DNA of 64,000 nt from an uncultured virus (IMG/VR IMGVR_UViG_3300005758_000005). Taxonomy: Duplodnaviria > Heunggongvirae > Uroviricota > Caudoviricetes. Position numbers and translations under genes: made by a program. The stretch is from IMG/VR virus record IMGVR_UViG_3300005758_000005, positions 62,001 to 126,000 of that record; one strand, written 5' to 3'. Positions 1 through 12,837 of this stretch are shown one piece after another; position 1 is the stretch's first letter; every line of letters begins with the position of its first letter. A model generated the notes under the pieces. It was not told the origin of the DNA. It made no database searches and worked only from the letters and a program-made list of their open reading frames with translations.

Positions 1-2
1 AG

Positions 3-377
3 AGCCAAAAAACTTTAGAAGGATTTAAAGATCCTGTAACTTTTGCAATTGAAAACTATGGATGGATTAGAGCTGAGATTAATAGAAATTATGCAGCATT
101 TCAAACTAAAAATTTGAACAAGATGAATTTTGATAAAATCTTAGCATGTCTTCTTGGAGATTATCCTGAAGAGTCTAATATACAGCCAGATTATAAAATT
201 TCATTAGAAGTACAATCTCCAGTGGTTACATCTTTAAAATTTAATTATGATGAATTTAATTGGGATCATGTATGGGAAGAATTTAAAAGCTCTATTGGAT
301 TAAAAGAGCCTGTTTCTGAACCTAATTTAGCTACTCCAAATATGCCTGAGTATTATCAAGGAAGAGAAGGCGATTAA
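3..377 (+). CDS. 5'-truncated hypothetical protein ending in PEYYQGREGD
   Basis: Frame is open from position 3 (SQKTLEGFKDPVTFAIENYGWIRA...); C-terminus resembles that of 18632..19195. Confidence 0.7.
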   Translation, partial: SQKTLEGFKDPVTFAIENYGWIRAEINRNYAAFQTKNLNKMNFDKILACLLGDYPEESNIQPDYKISLEVQSPVVTSLKFNYDEFNWDHVWEEFKSSIGLKEPVSEPNLATPNMPEYYQGREGD

Positions 378-1846
378 TGACTAATTCCTTAGAACTATTA
401 AAACTTGCGGATTCATTAGATCGTCAAGGCTTTTATAGATTAGCACAAGAAGCCGAAGAATCAGCACAAGAACAAGCAACATCTCAACAAGAATTACAAC
501 AAAATAATATTAATTTTTATGAAATGACTGGAAATACAGCTGAGTTATACAGTGCATATAATTATTTAAGACAACTTATTGGGCTTGGTCTTAATTCTAG
601 ATATTTTCAACAACTTATAACAACTTATAAATTAAATAATATTGATCAGATGATTGGTGTTTTTGCTAGATTAGGGAATACAAAAGCTGCTGATCTCTTA
701 AAATCAATAAGTAATAATAAATTTTTAGCAGCTAGACAAAACAAATTATTTACTTATTTGAAAACATTTGAACCAGGAGCGCTTTTTACAGCTGATGAAT
801 TGAAAATTCTTCAGAATGCTACAAAATATAATGCTCCTGCAATTGGGTCTGGTTTAAATACTATTGAAAGATTTAAAAATCTTTCTGGTATTTCACAAGA
901 AGTTATTAACGCAAATCCAACTAAATTCAGAGATGTTTTAAGATTTATTGGAAATGGCCAAATCGAAGAAGCAGCAAATATTTTAAAAAGCATCGAAGGT
1001 TTAAATTCAAGTCAAGTGGATGCAATCTTATTTAATTCAAAAGCTATTCAAAGTGAAATAAAAGCTGCTGAAAATGTTTTAAAATTTGATCAAGTAGCCC
1101 TTCAAAAGGGTAATTCTGTATTCACAGCTTTAAGAGCTATGGCAGCAGAAATTCCCGTCATTGGTAAAGTAATTCAAGTTCTAGAATGGGGTATGTCAAA
1201 AGGACTTCCTATTCTTGGTATTATTGCTGGAGCTGTAGAAGTGGTTGCATATTCAAACCAACTTAAAAGTGCTCCAGAAGAAGAAAAAGCAGATATTAGA
1301 ATGGACATTGCACAGGGAGTAATTAATATAATTGGTAATATTTTAATGCTTGTCCCAAATCCAATAGCACAATCAGCAGGTGGCATAATTCTTGGTTTAA
1401 ATTTAGCTGCAGATGTAGTACAAGGTAAATCAAAAGATTGGATGGCACAAGCTGAAGGTTTCGATAATGCAGAGCAGATGAAACAAACAAAGCAAATTGC
1501 CGAACAAGATCTTTCTGTTGTTTCAAGCAATCCTGAAGTAACAAAAGCAATGGATTATCTAATCAAAAAAAATTGGGTGTATTTTGAATCCCCAGCTAGA
1601 TATAAAAATGAAATTTCTCAAAAGTTAATGCCAAACAATGCTCTTGCAGATGTTGGTGGACTTTATGGTAGTGATAGAAATGCAAACTTTTGGAAGTGGT
1701 CTGGAAATACAAATTCTCCTGAATATTTAGAATTTGTTCAATCTCTGACTCAGTTGAAAAAGAAACTCTTTGATAGTTTTAGGCAACCTAGACAAATGAC
1801 TCAAAGAACTTCATGTAGAGCTAAAATTAAGCTAAAATATGCTTAA
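377..1846 (+). CDS. Hypothetical protein with helical N-terminal leader and hydrophobic segments; possible internal virion/ejected protein
   Basis: 489 aa; N-term LLKLADSLDRQGFYRLAQE resembles the ASLNNIA..LD leader family; hydrophobic stretches GLPILGIIAGAVEVVAY and IIGNILMLVP. Confidence 0.6.
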   Translation: MTNSLELLKLADSLDRQGFYRLAQEAEESAQEQATSQQELQQNNINFYEMTGNTAELYSAYNYLRQLIGLGLNSRYFQQLITTYKLNNIDQMIGVFARLGNTKAADLLKSISNNKFLAARQNKLFTYLKTFEPGALFTADELKILQNATKYNAPAIGSGLNTIERFKNLSGISQEVINANPTKFRDVLRFIGNGQIEEAANILKSIEGLNSSQVDAILFNSKAIQSEIKAAENVLKFDQVALQKGNSVFTALRAMAAEIPVIGKVIQVLEWGMSKGLPILGIIAGAVEVVAYSNQLKSAPEEEKADIRMDIAQGVINIIGNILMLVPNPIAQSAGGIILGLNLAADVVQGKSKDWMAQAEGFDNAEQMKQTKQIAEQDLSVVSSNPEVTKAMDYLIKKNWVYFESPARYKNEISQKLMPNNALADVGGLYGSDRNANFWKWSGNTNSPEYLEFVQSLTQLKKKLFDSFRQPRQMTQRTSCRAKIKLKYA

Positions 1847-1883
1847 AATTGTATAAATAAAAATAAAAAAAGGAATTGATATT

Positions 1884-2135
1884 ATGGACAGAACATTTGT
1901 AATTTTTGATGTAACAGAAGTTGATAAGGTTGACTTCACCCAAGTACTTGAAACATCTGCAGATACTTTGAGAAAGAGTGTTGATGGAACTAAGACTTTC
2001 GTTAAGTGGGAAAGTGCAGAACCTACATTCTTAGCAGATCTTGAAACAAAGAGTGATCTTTATTCTTATGAAGAAATTCTTGCAATTCTTCAAACTCCAG
2101 AATGGACTGCACCAATGGATATGCCTACTCCTTAG
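1884..2135 (+). CDS. Small conserved phage hypothetical protein
   Basis: AAGGA RBS; DFTQVLETSADTLRKSVDGTKTFVKW resembles a small protein of large myoviruses. Confidence 0.6.
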   Translation: MDRTFVIFDVTEVDKVDFTQVLETSADTLRKSVDGTKTFVKWESAEPTFLADLETKSDLYSYEEILAILQTPEWTAPMDMPTP

Positions 2136-2278
2136 TCTTTTTCTTTCCTAAGGTTTTTAAATAAGCCTCAAGATTCTGACATATTTCTTGTTGAGATAAT
2201 TCAGTTTCTTGAGGCTTTGGTTTATAATTTATTAAAAAACCAATTAATATTCCACAAAAGAAAAAGAATATTAGGATT

Positions 2279-2785
2279 TTAAATTGCGAGATAATATTTC
2301 CAGTTTTCATCAATTGAATCTTTATGTTTACTTAAAATAGTACTAAATGAATATCGGGGTACTTTTGGACTAGACAAAAGCTTCATTCCAGATTTTTCTA
2401 AAGTTTTGCCAGCCTTTTTATAATTACATTTCTTGCAGCTTGTTACTAAATTTTGCCAAGATGTAATTCCACCTAAATGTCTTGGATAAACATGATCAAG
2501 AGTCAAATCAATATGTTTTTGACCACAATATTGACATGTAAAATTATCTCTTGCATAAACACCATAACGAGAAACTTTAAATTCAGTTCTAAACTTTCTC
2601 TTAGCCTTATAATTTAATCTAATAACAGAGGGAATTTCAAAACTTAATCCTCCACCTGAAACAAAAGTATCACCACTATAATGAAGAACATCAGCTTTAT
2701 TAAGAATAATTAATTTAATCGCTTTGTGAAGGGTGCAAATATTCAAAGGCTCATAATCTGAATTAAGCAAAAGAACTCTAGACAT
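2279..2785 (-). CDS. HNH endonuclease (McrA/HNH_5-like)
   Basis: RDNFTCQYCG...LTLDHVYPRHLGG..W.NLVTSCKKCNYKK. Confidence 0.9.
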   Translation of the reverse strand: MSRVLLLNSDYEPLNICTLHKAIKLIILNKADVLHYSGDTFVSGGGLSFEIPSVIRLNYKAKRKFRTEFKVSRYGVYARDNFTCQYCGQKHIDLTLDHVYPRHLGGITSWQNLVTSCKKCNYKKAGKTLEKSGMKLLSSPKVPRYSFSTILSKHKDSIDENWKYYLAI

Positions 2786-2820
2786 GTTTTATTCTACCAT
2801 CTATTATGATCATCTACAAA

Positions 2821-2854
2821 AAAATTACCCCAGCTTTTTTGCCGGGGTAATTTT
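2821..2854. terminator. Intrinsic terminator downstream of dnaK (possibly bidirectional)
   Basis: AAAATTACCCC...GGGGTAATTTT inverted repeat with A/T tails. Confidence 0.7.
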
Positions 2855-2868
2855 CTTTCCGATGATTT

Positions 2869-4689
<1,821 letters not shown>

Positions 4690-4860
4690 TTACCTCTCAT
4701 TTAAAATATATTGTAAATTATACAAAGTTCCGAAAAATCATGAACTTTCTTTACAGATTTTAAGCAACCTAATTATACCACATTAGGCCAAAAAAGGAAA
4801 TCTGAACCGAAACTTTATAACATCATAAGTAAGAAAAAAGTTTCTAAGGATTTTTTTAAT

Positions 4861-6186
4861 ATGAGAGAAGTTTTTGCTAGTATCAATTATGTAATCAACA
4901 AACTTGAAGAAAAGAATTTATTCAAGATTGCACAAGAAGGACATGATATCTTTGCAGCCGTTTATAGATTTGTTGGACAAGATGGCGAATTAGTAAGACC
5001 TGATGATGATAAATCTGAGCAGTATTATGAGTCTGCAGTCCCTAGTAATATGTTTGAAAATGATCTATATAGCCCTATGGATAAAAATAAGCAAAGAAAG
5101 TGGCGTGTAAAGAGTGAAGTTCCTAGTGAATACGGAACAGCACCAGCATCTCCTGCATCTCCAAACGCAACAGAAACTCCAAGCGCAGAAACATTTACTC
5201 CAGAAGCTCCAAGTGCAGGGCCATCAGTAGCTCCAGAAAGTGCATTGGTTACAATTACTGCACCTTCTTATAATGGTGGATCTGCAGGGACATCTTCTGA
5301 ATCATCTTCTGACAATAGCGAAATCCGGGATCTCCAACATCATGAGTATTTTGATCCTCAAGAGGGAATTCCTATGATTGGAGAAAGATCCGAAGAAAGT
5401 AATTTTGGAACAAGTTCTTACGAGCCAACAAGTACTGGATTATTTGGTGAAAGCTCAAGTCCAAAAATGTTAGAAGAGCGTAGTATTTTTGATCGTGAAG
5501 AGAATGATGAAAATTATACAAACGAAGAAAAAATTGCCGAATTAGTATTTAAAAGATTGAAAGAAAAGAATTATAAAATTCTTTCAAATCCCACAGTAAT
5601 TGAAATGGCAAAAGATCCTAACTCAGGGTTAAAAGATCAATTAGCACACAATGGTTATTATTTAATTATTCCCGAAGGTGATGTAATCAATCTTGGTGTT
5701 TCAACAGATAGAAATACATATTTAAATAAAAAGAATGTCCTTCATAAAGCCAGGGGTAGATCTTCTGCATCTGCAAAAGAAGTTCTTTCTATGACCAATA
5801 CATTCATTACAAATCTTGAGAATTATGGTTTAAAGAGAGAAGCTGAAGCTATGCATGATGTATTTGTAAAAATTGCCAATGCATATGATCTTGTTAATAG
5901 ACCTGGCGTTTCTGTTCAAGCAAAGAAGTGGATTCAAGATAATGTAGCAAATATTGATGCTATGACAAATTTGCAACTTGTTAATATGATGGCAAATCTT
6001 CCATTAAATGTGCAAACAGAACTTAAGCAGATTATCACTAATTATAAGAATACACAAGGTTATAAGCAAAACAAGCCTATGGGATATCAACAACCTAATC
6101 AGCAAATGTATCAACAGGGATATCAACAAGGTTATCAACAACAGAACATGTATCAAAATCAAGGCGGTATGGTTAGACCGCAATAA
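4861..6186 (+). CDS. Hypothetical low-complexity protein with two copies of the helical leader-like motif and a Q/Y/G-rich tail
   Basis: REVFASINYVINKLEEKNLFKIAQE and internal KEVLSMTNTFITNLENYGLKREAEAMHDVFVKIA; YQQGYQQGYQQ tail. Confidence 0.6.
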   Translation: MREVFASINYVINKLEEKNLFKIAQEGHDIFAAVYRFVGQDGELVRPDDDKSEQYYESAVPSNMFENDLYSPMDKNKQRKWRVKSEVPSEYGTAPASPASPNATETPSAETFTPEAPSAGPSVAPESALVTITAPSYNGGSAGTSSESSSDNSEIRDLQHHEYFDPQEGIPMIGERSEESNFGTSSYEPTSTGLFGESSSPKMLEERSIFDREENDENYTNEEKIAELVFKRLKEKNYKILSNPTVIEMAKDPNSGLKDQLAHNGYYLIIPEGDVINLGVSTDRNTYLNKKNVLHKARGRSSASAKEVLSMTNTFITNLENYGLKREAEAMHDVFVKIANAYDLVNRPGVSVQAKKWIQDNVANIDAMTNLQLVNMMANLPLNVQTELKQIITNYKNTQGYKQNKPMGYQQPNQQMYQQGYQQGYQQQNMYQNQGGMVRPQ

Positions 6187-6216
6187 CAAAAAAGGGGAGA
6201 TTCATTCTCCCCTTTT

Positions 6217-7545
6217 TTATAATCCATAACGGGATTTTGTTAAGTTGTAATAAGCTAGAATTTCTGATGATGATAAAGCTCGGTTATAAATTCTTAATTG
6301 CGATATGTTTCCTGCAAAAGTTTCTGAAATGTAACTATTACCGCCAACAAAAACATTATTTGTTGTGACTGGATTCGAATTTAAACTTGAAAGATTTTCA
6401 GTTGTAGAAGAATTATTTAGACTAAATGTTATTACTGGATTTGAAATTGTACCAGATACACTTATAGCTGCAAAATTCCATGTATTATTTGTTATAGAAC
6501 CCAAATTTTTATTTTGATAACTTCCAGCAGATAAACTAGTATAATAAGTTACTATATTATTATCAACTCTAAATAGAGAAATCAAATATCCTCCACCAGT
6601 ACTAGAATAATTTGCATATAGTGTTGAATATTGTTTTGTTGAAGTTTGATAAAACCAACAAATTATAGTAACATTTATTTGAAGAGTTCTTAAATATGTA
6701 TTGTTACCTAGACTTATATAATCATTTGTTCCATCAAAAACCCATGTTCCGCCGTTGCTTGAACTAAAAGATACACCGTTTGTTAAAGCTCCATTATTAT
6801 TATAAATTGAAAGATCATTTGCTAAAGTCGAAGAGGGCTCACTAAAACTATAAGGATTACCAGCATCTAGAACTAGTACAGCAGAATCGTTAGAGAATGG
6901 GTAGCTATAAGTTACTTGTTTAAAATGAAGAAGATTTGTGGAAGATATAAATTTCTCTACAACGCCAACAATTAAAATTTCTTGAGCAATGGAATTAACA
7001 TTAACTTTAACCAATTTTCCAGCATTGACACCAGAACCGAAAGTGAGTAAATCTCCAGAATTAAAATCTATTTGTGTAGTGTAATCTAAACCATAATCAC
7101 CATGCAAAACTCTAACAAACTGATCTGTAATGAAAATATTGTTAGGTTGATTATAAACAGCCAATCCTCTACGTGAAATAACCATGTTTTCTGATGGATT
7201 ATAGGGCTTATTCAAAGATTCATTAAGATTATCATTCAAAGCTCTTTTTGTTGTTAAAACTTCATTATTTTCAGTGCGTATAAAACTGTAAGAGCTATCA
7301 ATATAACTTGAACCAATAACATCTGGAACTATTATTGTGTTTGCAGCAGAAGAATGATCAGATGTAGCAAAACCTAAGAACTTTCCAATTTTTTGAGATA
7401 ATGTTTTTTGGAATATTAAAGAATTATCAGCTTTAACCACTCTTCCATTATCATCTCTCATAAGTGCCATTCCAGCTTTAAAATCAACATCAACAAAGAT
7501 ATCAACATTTTCTACTGCATTTGAAGTTACTGTAAAGATTGCCAT
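6217..7545 (-). CDS. LamG/concanavalin-A-like domain virion protein (paralog 5 of 5)
   Basis: Shared N-terminal domain MAIF...GDLLTFG.G.NAGKLVK; C-terminal FDGTNDY...GNISQLRIYNRALS. Confidence 0.8.
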   Translation of the reverse strand: MAIFTVTSNAVENVDIFVDVDFKAGMALMRDDNGRVVKADNSLIFQKTLSQKIGKFLGFATSDHSSAANTIIVPDVIGSSYIDSSYSFIRTENNEVLTTKRALNDNLNESLNKPYNPSENMVISRRGLAVYNQPNNIFITDQFVRVLHGDYGLDYTTQIDFNSGDLLTFGSGVNAGKLVKVNVNSIAQEILIVGVVEKFISSTNLLHFKQVTYSYPFSNDSAVLVLDAGNPYSFSEPSSTLANDLSIYNNNGALTNGVSFSSSNGGTWVFDGTNDYISLGNNTYLRTLQINVTIICWFYQTSTKQYSTLYANYSSTGGGYLISLFRVDNNIVTYYTSLSAGSYQNKNLGSITNNTWNFAAISVSGTISNPVITFSLNNSSTTENLSSLNSNPVTTNNVFVGGNSYISETFAGNISQLRIYNRALSSSEILAYYNLTKSRYGL

Positions 7546-8843
7546 TATAAACCATACCTAGATTTTGTTAAGTTGTAATATGCCGAAATTTGATCGAGTG
7601 TAAGAGCCGTAAAGTAAATTCTCATTTCAGATAAATACATTCGAGCGTAAGAATGCGGGCTTGTTTTAACACTTCTAGCACCAATTCCAAGATCTTCATT
7701 GTTTGAACCCATATCCCCAGTAGTTGCAACTATATTTGTCAAAGAGTTATTTATATAAGCCTTTTGATTTGTTTTATCATATGTTACAGTAATTAGTTTC
7801 CAAGCTGAAGAATCCATAGGCGCAATACTTCTCCATTGCCAAGCTGGAAGATAAGCATAATCGAATGAATTACTATAATATCCAGTTTCATATATATTTT
7901 CTTTATTTAGGATAATATTTCCACCTAAAGAATCAGTAGGAAATCCATCAATTTTCACCCATGTCATTGTAGTAAGTTGTCTTGTTCCTGGATTTAAGCT
8001 TGGGCTGTCTAAGACTCTTATGTAATCATTTGTTCCATCAAAATAAAAAGAACCGCCTCCAAAACTACTATAAGATACTCCATTATATAAAACTCCATTG
8101 TTATTATTTGGGGTTAAATCATATACAGTGTTTCCAGAAATGTATGAATAAGGATTTGCAGCATCTATGGCAAATTGTAAGTTATTAGATTGAAATGTTA
8201 CTAAATATGGGGCCTGTCTAAAATGAAGAAGATTAGAAGTTGAGATAAATTTTTCTACAATGCCAACAATTAAAACATCTGGGCCAATAGAATTCACATT
8301 TATCTTTACAAGTTTTCCAGCATTTATTCCAGATCCAAAAGTTAGCAAATCTCCAGCATTAAAATCTATTTGTGCTGTTGAGTCTACTCCAAAATCTCCA
8401 TGTAATACTCTTGAAAATTGATCCGTTATGAAGATGTTGTTTGGTTGATTGTATACTGCTAATCCTCTTCTAGATGTTGTTAATGTTTCTGAAGGATTAT
8501 AGATTTTGATGTTAGTTTCATCTTGGTTATCATTTAAGGCTCTTTTTGCTAATATTACTTCATTATTTTCAGTTCTAATATAATTGTAAGAATTGTCAAT
8601 ATAACTAGATCCAATTATATCTGGAACAATGATTGTATTTGAAGCTGAGGAATGATCACTGGAAGCAAAACCCAAGAACTTGCCGATTTTTTGTTCATTT
8701 GTTTTATAGAGTAGTAAACTATTATCAGCAGGAACAGCTCTACCGTTATCATCTCTCATTAACGCCATACCAGACTTGAAAGATGATGAATAGAATATAT
8801 CTACATTTAATACTTCGTTAGATGTTACGGTGAAAATAGCCAT
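7545..8843 (-). CDS. LamG-domain virion protein (paralog 4)
   Basis: Same architecture; FDGTNDYI...MRIYFTALT; stop/start overlap. Confidence 0.8.
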   Translation of the reverse strand: MAIFTVTSNEVLNVDIFYSSSFKSGMALMRDDNGRAVPADNSLLLYKTNEQKIGKFLGFASSDHSSASNTIIVPDIIGSSYIDNSYNYIRTENNEVILAKRALNDNQDETNIKIYNPSETLTTSRRGLAVYNQPNNIFITDQFSRVLHGDFGVDSTAQIDFNAGDLLTFGSGINAGKLVKINVNSIGPDVLIVGIVEKFISTSNLLHFRQAPYLVTFQSNNLQFAIDAANPYSYISGNTVYDLTPNNNNGVLYNGVSYSSFGGGSFYFDGTNDYIRVLDSPSLNPGTRQLTTMTWVKIDGFPTDSLGGNIILNKENIYETGYYSNSFDYAYLPAWQWRSIAPMDSSAWKLITVTYDKTNQKAYINNSLTNIVATTGDMGSNNEDLGIGARSVKTSPHSYARMYLSEMRIYFTALTLDQISAYYNLTKSRYGL

Positions 8844-10132
8844 TATAAACCATATCGGGATTTGTTAAGGTTGTATTGATTTAAAACTTCTTGAGATGAT
8901 AATACTTTAGTATAAATTTTTAAGTATCCAAAAGAAGATCTTGTTCTTTCATTATTAAATTGATTCGTAGCAGATGCTAAAGCGAACGCTGTCAGTGTAT
9001 TATTTACTAATGATGAAGAATAAATGGAGACTCCATTTACAAAAATTTGATGTGCTGCAGCATTTTTTACCAATGTAATATGCGTATATTGTCCCAATAA
9101 TAAAGTGTATGATGTATTGATCCAACCTGATCCTTGCACATATAAATGTATATTATTTAAAGGATAAACTCCACCTGTCCCAAGAGCTATGATTGCTGAA
9201 TTTCCGTCTCCATCAAATATCCTGTTAAGTGCTAGTTGCCCAGTAAGTTGATATACATTTACAAACATTTCTAAAGTATAATTAGAAATAGAAAATCCAG
9301 AAGAAGAACTAGAGTCATCAGCACCATCAAAAACAATTTCACCATTATAAGCGCTTGTATATGAGACTCCATTCAAAAGAGTCATATTGTAGTTATTTGA
9401 AGCTAAATTATACCAAGTACTCCCTGTTTTTGGATATGATAAGAGATTAGCAGCATCATAGTTTAATAAAGTAAAATTTCCAAAGCTTAAGCTAAAACTT
9501 ACTTGTCTAAAATGTAATAGATTTGTTGATGATACATATTTTTCAACAATACCCACAATCAATAATTCAGGGCCAAAAGAATTAACATTTACCTTAACAA
9601 GTTTCCCGGCATTAACTCCACCACCAAAAGTAAGTAAATCACCAGGGTTTAATGCAACAGTGTCTAATCCATCAAGGCCATAATCTCCATGTAAAACAGG
9701 CTTAAATTGATCTGTTATGAAGATATTATTAGGTTGGTTATATACTGCAAGGCCACGTCTCGAAATTATATTTTTATCAGATGGATTATATAAATTTGGA
9801 ATTCCCTCATTTAAATTATCAACTAGCCCTCTCTTAGAAATTACAACCTCATTATTTTCAGTTCTTATGTAGTTGTAAGAATTATCAATATAACTTGATC
9901 CAATGACATCTGGAATAATTATAGTGTTTGAATAAGCTGAATGATCGCTTGTTGCAAAACCTAAGAATTTACCAACTTTTTGTTCGAGAGTTTTAAATAC
10001 TAACAATTGACTATCTGCTGGAACTCCTCTACCATTATCATCCCTCATTAAAGCCATACCAGCCTTAAATGATGTAGAAATCATGATGTCTACATTTTCA
10101 ACAGCATTAGAAGTTACAGTAAATATAGCCAT
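8843..10132 (-). CDS. LamG-domain virion protein (paralog 3)
   Basis: Same architecture; FDGADD...LKIYTKVLS. Confidence 0.8.
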   Translation of the reverse strand: MAIFTVTSNAVENVDIMISTSFKAGMALMRDDNGRGVPADSQLLVFKTLEQKVGKFLGFATSDHSAYSNTIIIPDVIGSSYIDNSYNYIRTENNEVVISKRGLVDNLNEGIPNLYNPSDKNIISRRGLAVYNQPNNIFITDQFKPVLHGDYGLDGLDTVALNPGDLLTFGGGVNAGKLVKVNVNSFGPELLIVGIVEKYVSSTNLLHFRQVSFSLSFGNFTLLNYDAANLLSYPKTGSTWYNLASNNYNMTLLNGVSYTSAYNGEIVFDGADDSSSSSGFSISNYTLEMFVNVYQLTGQLALNRIFDGDGNSAIIALGTGGVYPLNNIHLYVQGSGWINTSYTLLLGQYTHITLVKNAAAHQIFVNGVSIYSSSLVNNTLTAFALASATNQFNNERTRSSFGYLKIYTKVLSSQEVLNQYNLNKSRYGL

Positions 10133-11442
10133 TAAGATACAAGCCTTGGATAAATAGCATTATGATTTCTTTGAGCTTGTTCTGCTGTAAATCCAGTGTT
10201 ATAGAATCTTACTGCAGCGATTTTTCCAGCTGTTTGCCAAGATGCCCATACAGTAATTTGAATTTCATGAGTATTTGTATAGTTATTTGGGTTATATATA
10301 GAATCATCAAAAATACCATTAATATAAGATGTCATTACGCCAGCAGTTCTTGTAAATATGATAGAATACCAAGTGTTAATATATACAGGTCTTTTTCCTC
10401 TTAAGAAAATTCCACTTGGTGTTGTCAGTGGGTTCCAGAAAATCGGATTACCTGCGAACCATGATCCAATTACCCAAGAGTTTCCAGAAGGTACGCCACC
10501 AGTATTTGCCTTAGCTAAAATACCAGTAAGAAAACCCTCTAATGCATAAAAAACAATTTCAACTGTAAAATCTCCTGAAAAATCCATAATTGCATTGTGT
10601 GGAATTGTCAAACGGTCATCAATTGTATCAAGAACAATTACTCCCCCGTTTTCAGCCGACCAAAAAGCTCCATTATTCATAGAACCATTTAAGTTATTTC
10701 CACTCAAGTCATACCAAGTTGTGCCAGTTCCAGGATAAGATACTGGACTGGAAGCATCTAAATTCAAATAAAGCCCTGTTGTAGCAATCGAAACTGTATT
10801 ACTATAAGTTTCTAAAATATGCCTAAAATAAAGAACTTTTGAGGCAGAATCATGCTTTTCTACAGAGCCTATAATAATTACTGAAGGACCATTGCCAGAT
10901 AAATCAGCTTTTACTAATTTACCAGCATTAACACCAGCTCCAAATGTTAAAAGATCTCCTGGAGAAAGAATTACATCTACATTTGAATCTTCTGCAACAG
11001 CCATGGCTAATTTTGTTGCAAATTGGTCTGTGATATAAATTTCTCCTTGGAGATTATATACGCCAGTACCCCTTATGGTTTCTGGATTGTTATTGGATAT
11101 TTGATAAAAATTATTTACATTCTCATCTCTGTAATCTAAAATAGATCTTTTAGGAGCAGCATAAGGAGCATTTGTATTATCGTAAAATGCTGAATCAATA
11201 TTGTAATTACTGCCTACTGGATCGTTATTAATAATTGTGCTAGTAGTTGAGTGATCATTAGAAGAAAATCCAATAAATTTGCTTCTTTGTTCTGCTAAGC
11301 TATCAAAACTGAAAGAAGCTCTATCAGCTAAAACAGCTCGTCCATTATTATCAAACATAAGAGCAGAACCAGCTTTAAAGTCAGTTGAAATTGACACTGG
11401 AATATTTACTACGTACTTATTGAAAAGAGGAAAGATTGCCAT
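10132..11442 (-). CDS. LamG-domain virion protein (paralog 2)
   Basis: LDASSPVSYPGTGTTWYDLSGN...GKIAAVRFYN. Confidence 0.8.
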   Translation of the reverse strand: MAIFPLFNKYVVNIPVSISTDFKAGSALMFDNNGRAVLADRASFSFDSLAEQRSKFIGFSSNDHSTTSTIINNDPVGSNYNIDSAFYDNTNAPYAAPKRSILDYRDENVNNFYQISNNNPETIRGTGVYNLQGEIYITDQFATKLAMAVAEDSNVDVILSPGDLLTFGAGVNAGKLVKADLSGNGPSVIIIGSVEKHDSASKVLYFRHILETYSNTVSIATTGLYLNLDASSPVSYPGTGTTWYDLSGNNLNGSMNNGAFWSAENGGVIVLDTIDDRLTIPHNAIMDFSGDFTVEIVFYALEGFLTGILAKANTGGVPSGNSWVIGSWFAGNPIFWNPLTTPSGIFLRGKRPVYINTWYSIIFTRTAGVMTSYINGIFDDSIYNPNNYTNTHEIQITVWASWQTAGKIAAVRFYNTGFTAEQAQRNHNAIYPRLVS

Positions 11443-12740
11443 TAAATTAATTTACCCATACTTGCATTATAATTTTGTCTTACTTGTTCTGCTGTCATAC
11501 CTTGGGAATATAAGCGTACAAATGGAGTTTTCAATTTTGACCATAAACCATAAGAGTCCCAAGATCCAATAACAAAACCAGTGGAAGTATTTAAGCTTAA
11601 ACTGTTATTAAAAGAAAATCTCAAAGTACCATTATAATAACAATTGATAACACCACTATTACGAGTTACAATTACATGGTTATACTTAGTAAAAGAATTT
11701 TCTCCACCCCATTGATCTAAAGCTGGGGGATACCAAGATCCACTATATCTGATTAAAAACCACATAGAATTGCCACCAGTTGCAGACAATACCCAGTTAG
11801 CCTCTGCGTCTGAACTTCTTCTATGTAACCAACCTCCGCCTCCAACTTGTTTAATCAATGCTCCTTCAATGGTAAAATCTCCAGGAAAATCTAATAGTGA
11901 ATTATCTGCTACAAGGGCTTGGTCATTAGTCCCGTCAAATGTCATTACACCACCATTTTCGCTTGACCAAAGTACACCATTCTGGAGTTCAGCATTCAAT
12001 CCATTACCACTCAAATCATACCAAGTAGTTCCTGACCCTGAATATGATGTAGGATTGCTTGCGTCTAAATGAACTGTGATACCTGTTGTAAATAACGACA
12101 CTGTATTATTGTAACTTTCTAATACATGTCTAAAATACAATAAATTACTGGCTGCATCAAACTTCTCAACTACTCCAATAATCAATACAGAAGGACTAAT
12201 AGCTGAAGTATCTGCCTTTACTAATTTTCCAGCATTGATTCCAGCTCCATAAGTAAGTAAATCACCAACATTAAAATCTACTTGAGCTGTACCATCAGAA
12301 TCAATAAATAAACTTGCAACTCTTGAAAATTGGTCTGTAATATAAATTTCGCCTTGAAGATTGTAAATTCCAATGCCTCTTTTAGAATATTCGGAAAATA
12401 ATACTCCAGAAACTGATTCGTCTCTAAATTCATAAATAGATCTTTTACTTGCAGAATAATGAGAATTAACATTATCTACAAATTTATTATCAGATGAAAT
12501 ATAATTACTGCCTACAGGATCAGACATTAAAATAGAAGATAAATTAGTGTGATCTCCTGAAGCAAAACCTAGAAATTTACCAGATCCTTCAACGATTGAA
12601 TTATAACTAATATTACTTCTGTCCGCTTTAACAGCATTACCATTTGAATCAATAACAAGCGCCATACCAGAAGTAAAGCTCTCATTAGCAATTACTGGGA
12701 AATTTACTGCATGTTTATTATATAGAGGAAAAATTGCCAT
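11442..12740 (-). CDS. LamG-domain virion protein (paralog 1)
   Basis: LDASNPTSYSGSGTTWYDLSGN...FDGTND...VRLYS. Confidence 0.8.
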   Translation of the reverse strand: MAIFPLYNKHAVNFPVIANESFTSGMALVIDSNGNAVKADRSNISYNSIVEGSGKFLGFASGDHTNLSSILMSDPVGSNYISSDNKFVDNVNSHYSASKRSIYEFRDESVSGVLFSEYSKRGIGIYNLQGEIYITDQFSRVASLFIDSDGTAQVDFNVGDLLTYGAGINAGKLVKADTSAISPSVLIIGVVEKFDAASNLLYFRHVLESYNNTVSLFTTGITVHLDASNPTSYSGSGTTWYDLSGNGLNAELQNGVLWSSENGGVMTFDGTNDQALVADNSLLDFPGDFTIEGALIKQVGGGGWLHRRSSDAEANWVLSATGGNSMWFLIRYSGSWYPPALDQWGGENSFTKYNHVIVTRNSGVINCYYNGTLRFSFNNSLSLNTSTGFVIGSWDSYGLWSKLKTPFVRLYSQGMTAEQVRQNYNASMGKLI

Positions 12741-12837
12741 AGTTATATATTTTGTCCAAAGCCCGGTGAAATCCTAGTAGGGCTAAACATAAAAGAGCTT
12801 GTAAAATATATTTAGATTATAAAGAGGAAAGTAAATT

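Noticed and set aside
6075..6160. TATCAACA repeat as a DNA-level element
   Set aside because: Explained by the YQQG coding repeat of 4861..6186.
6217..12740. Diversity-generating retroelement acting on the LamG genes
   Set aside because: No reverse transcriptase and no TR/VR pair with adenine-specific differences seen.
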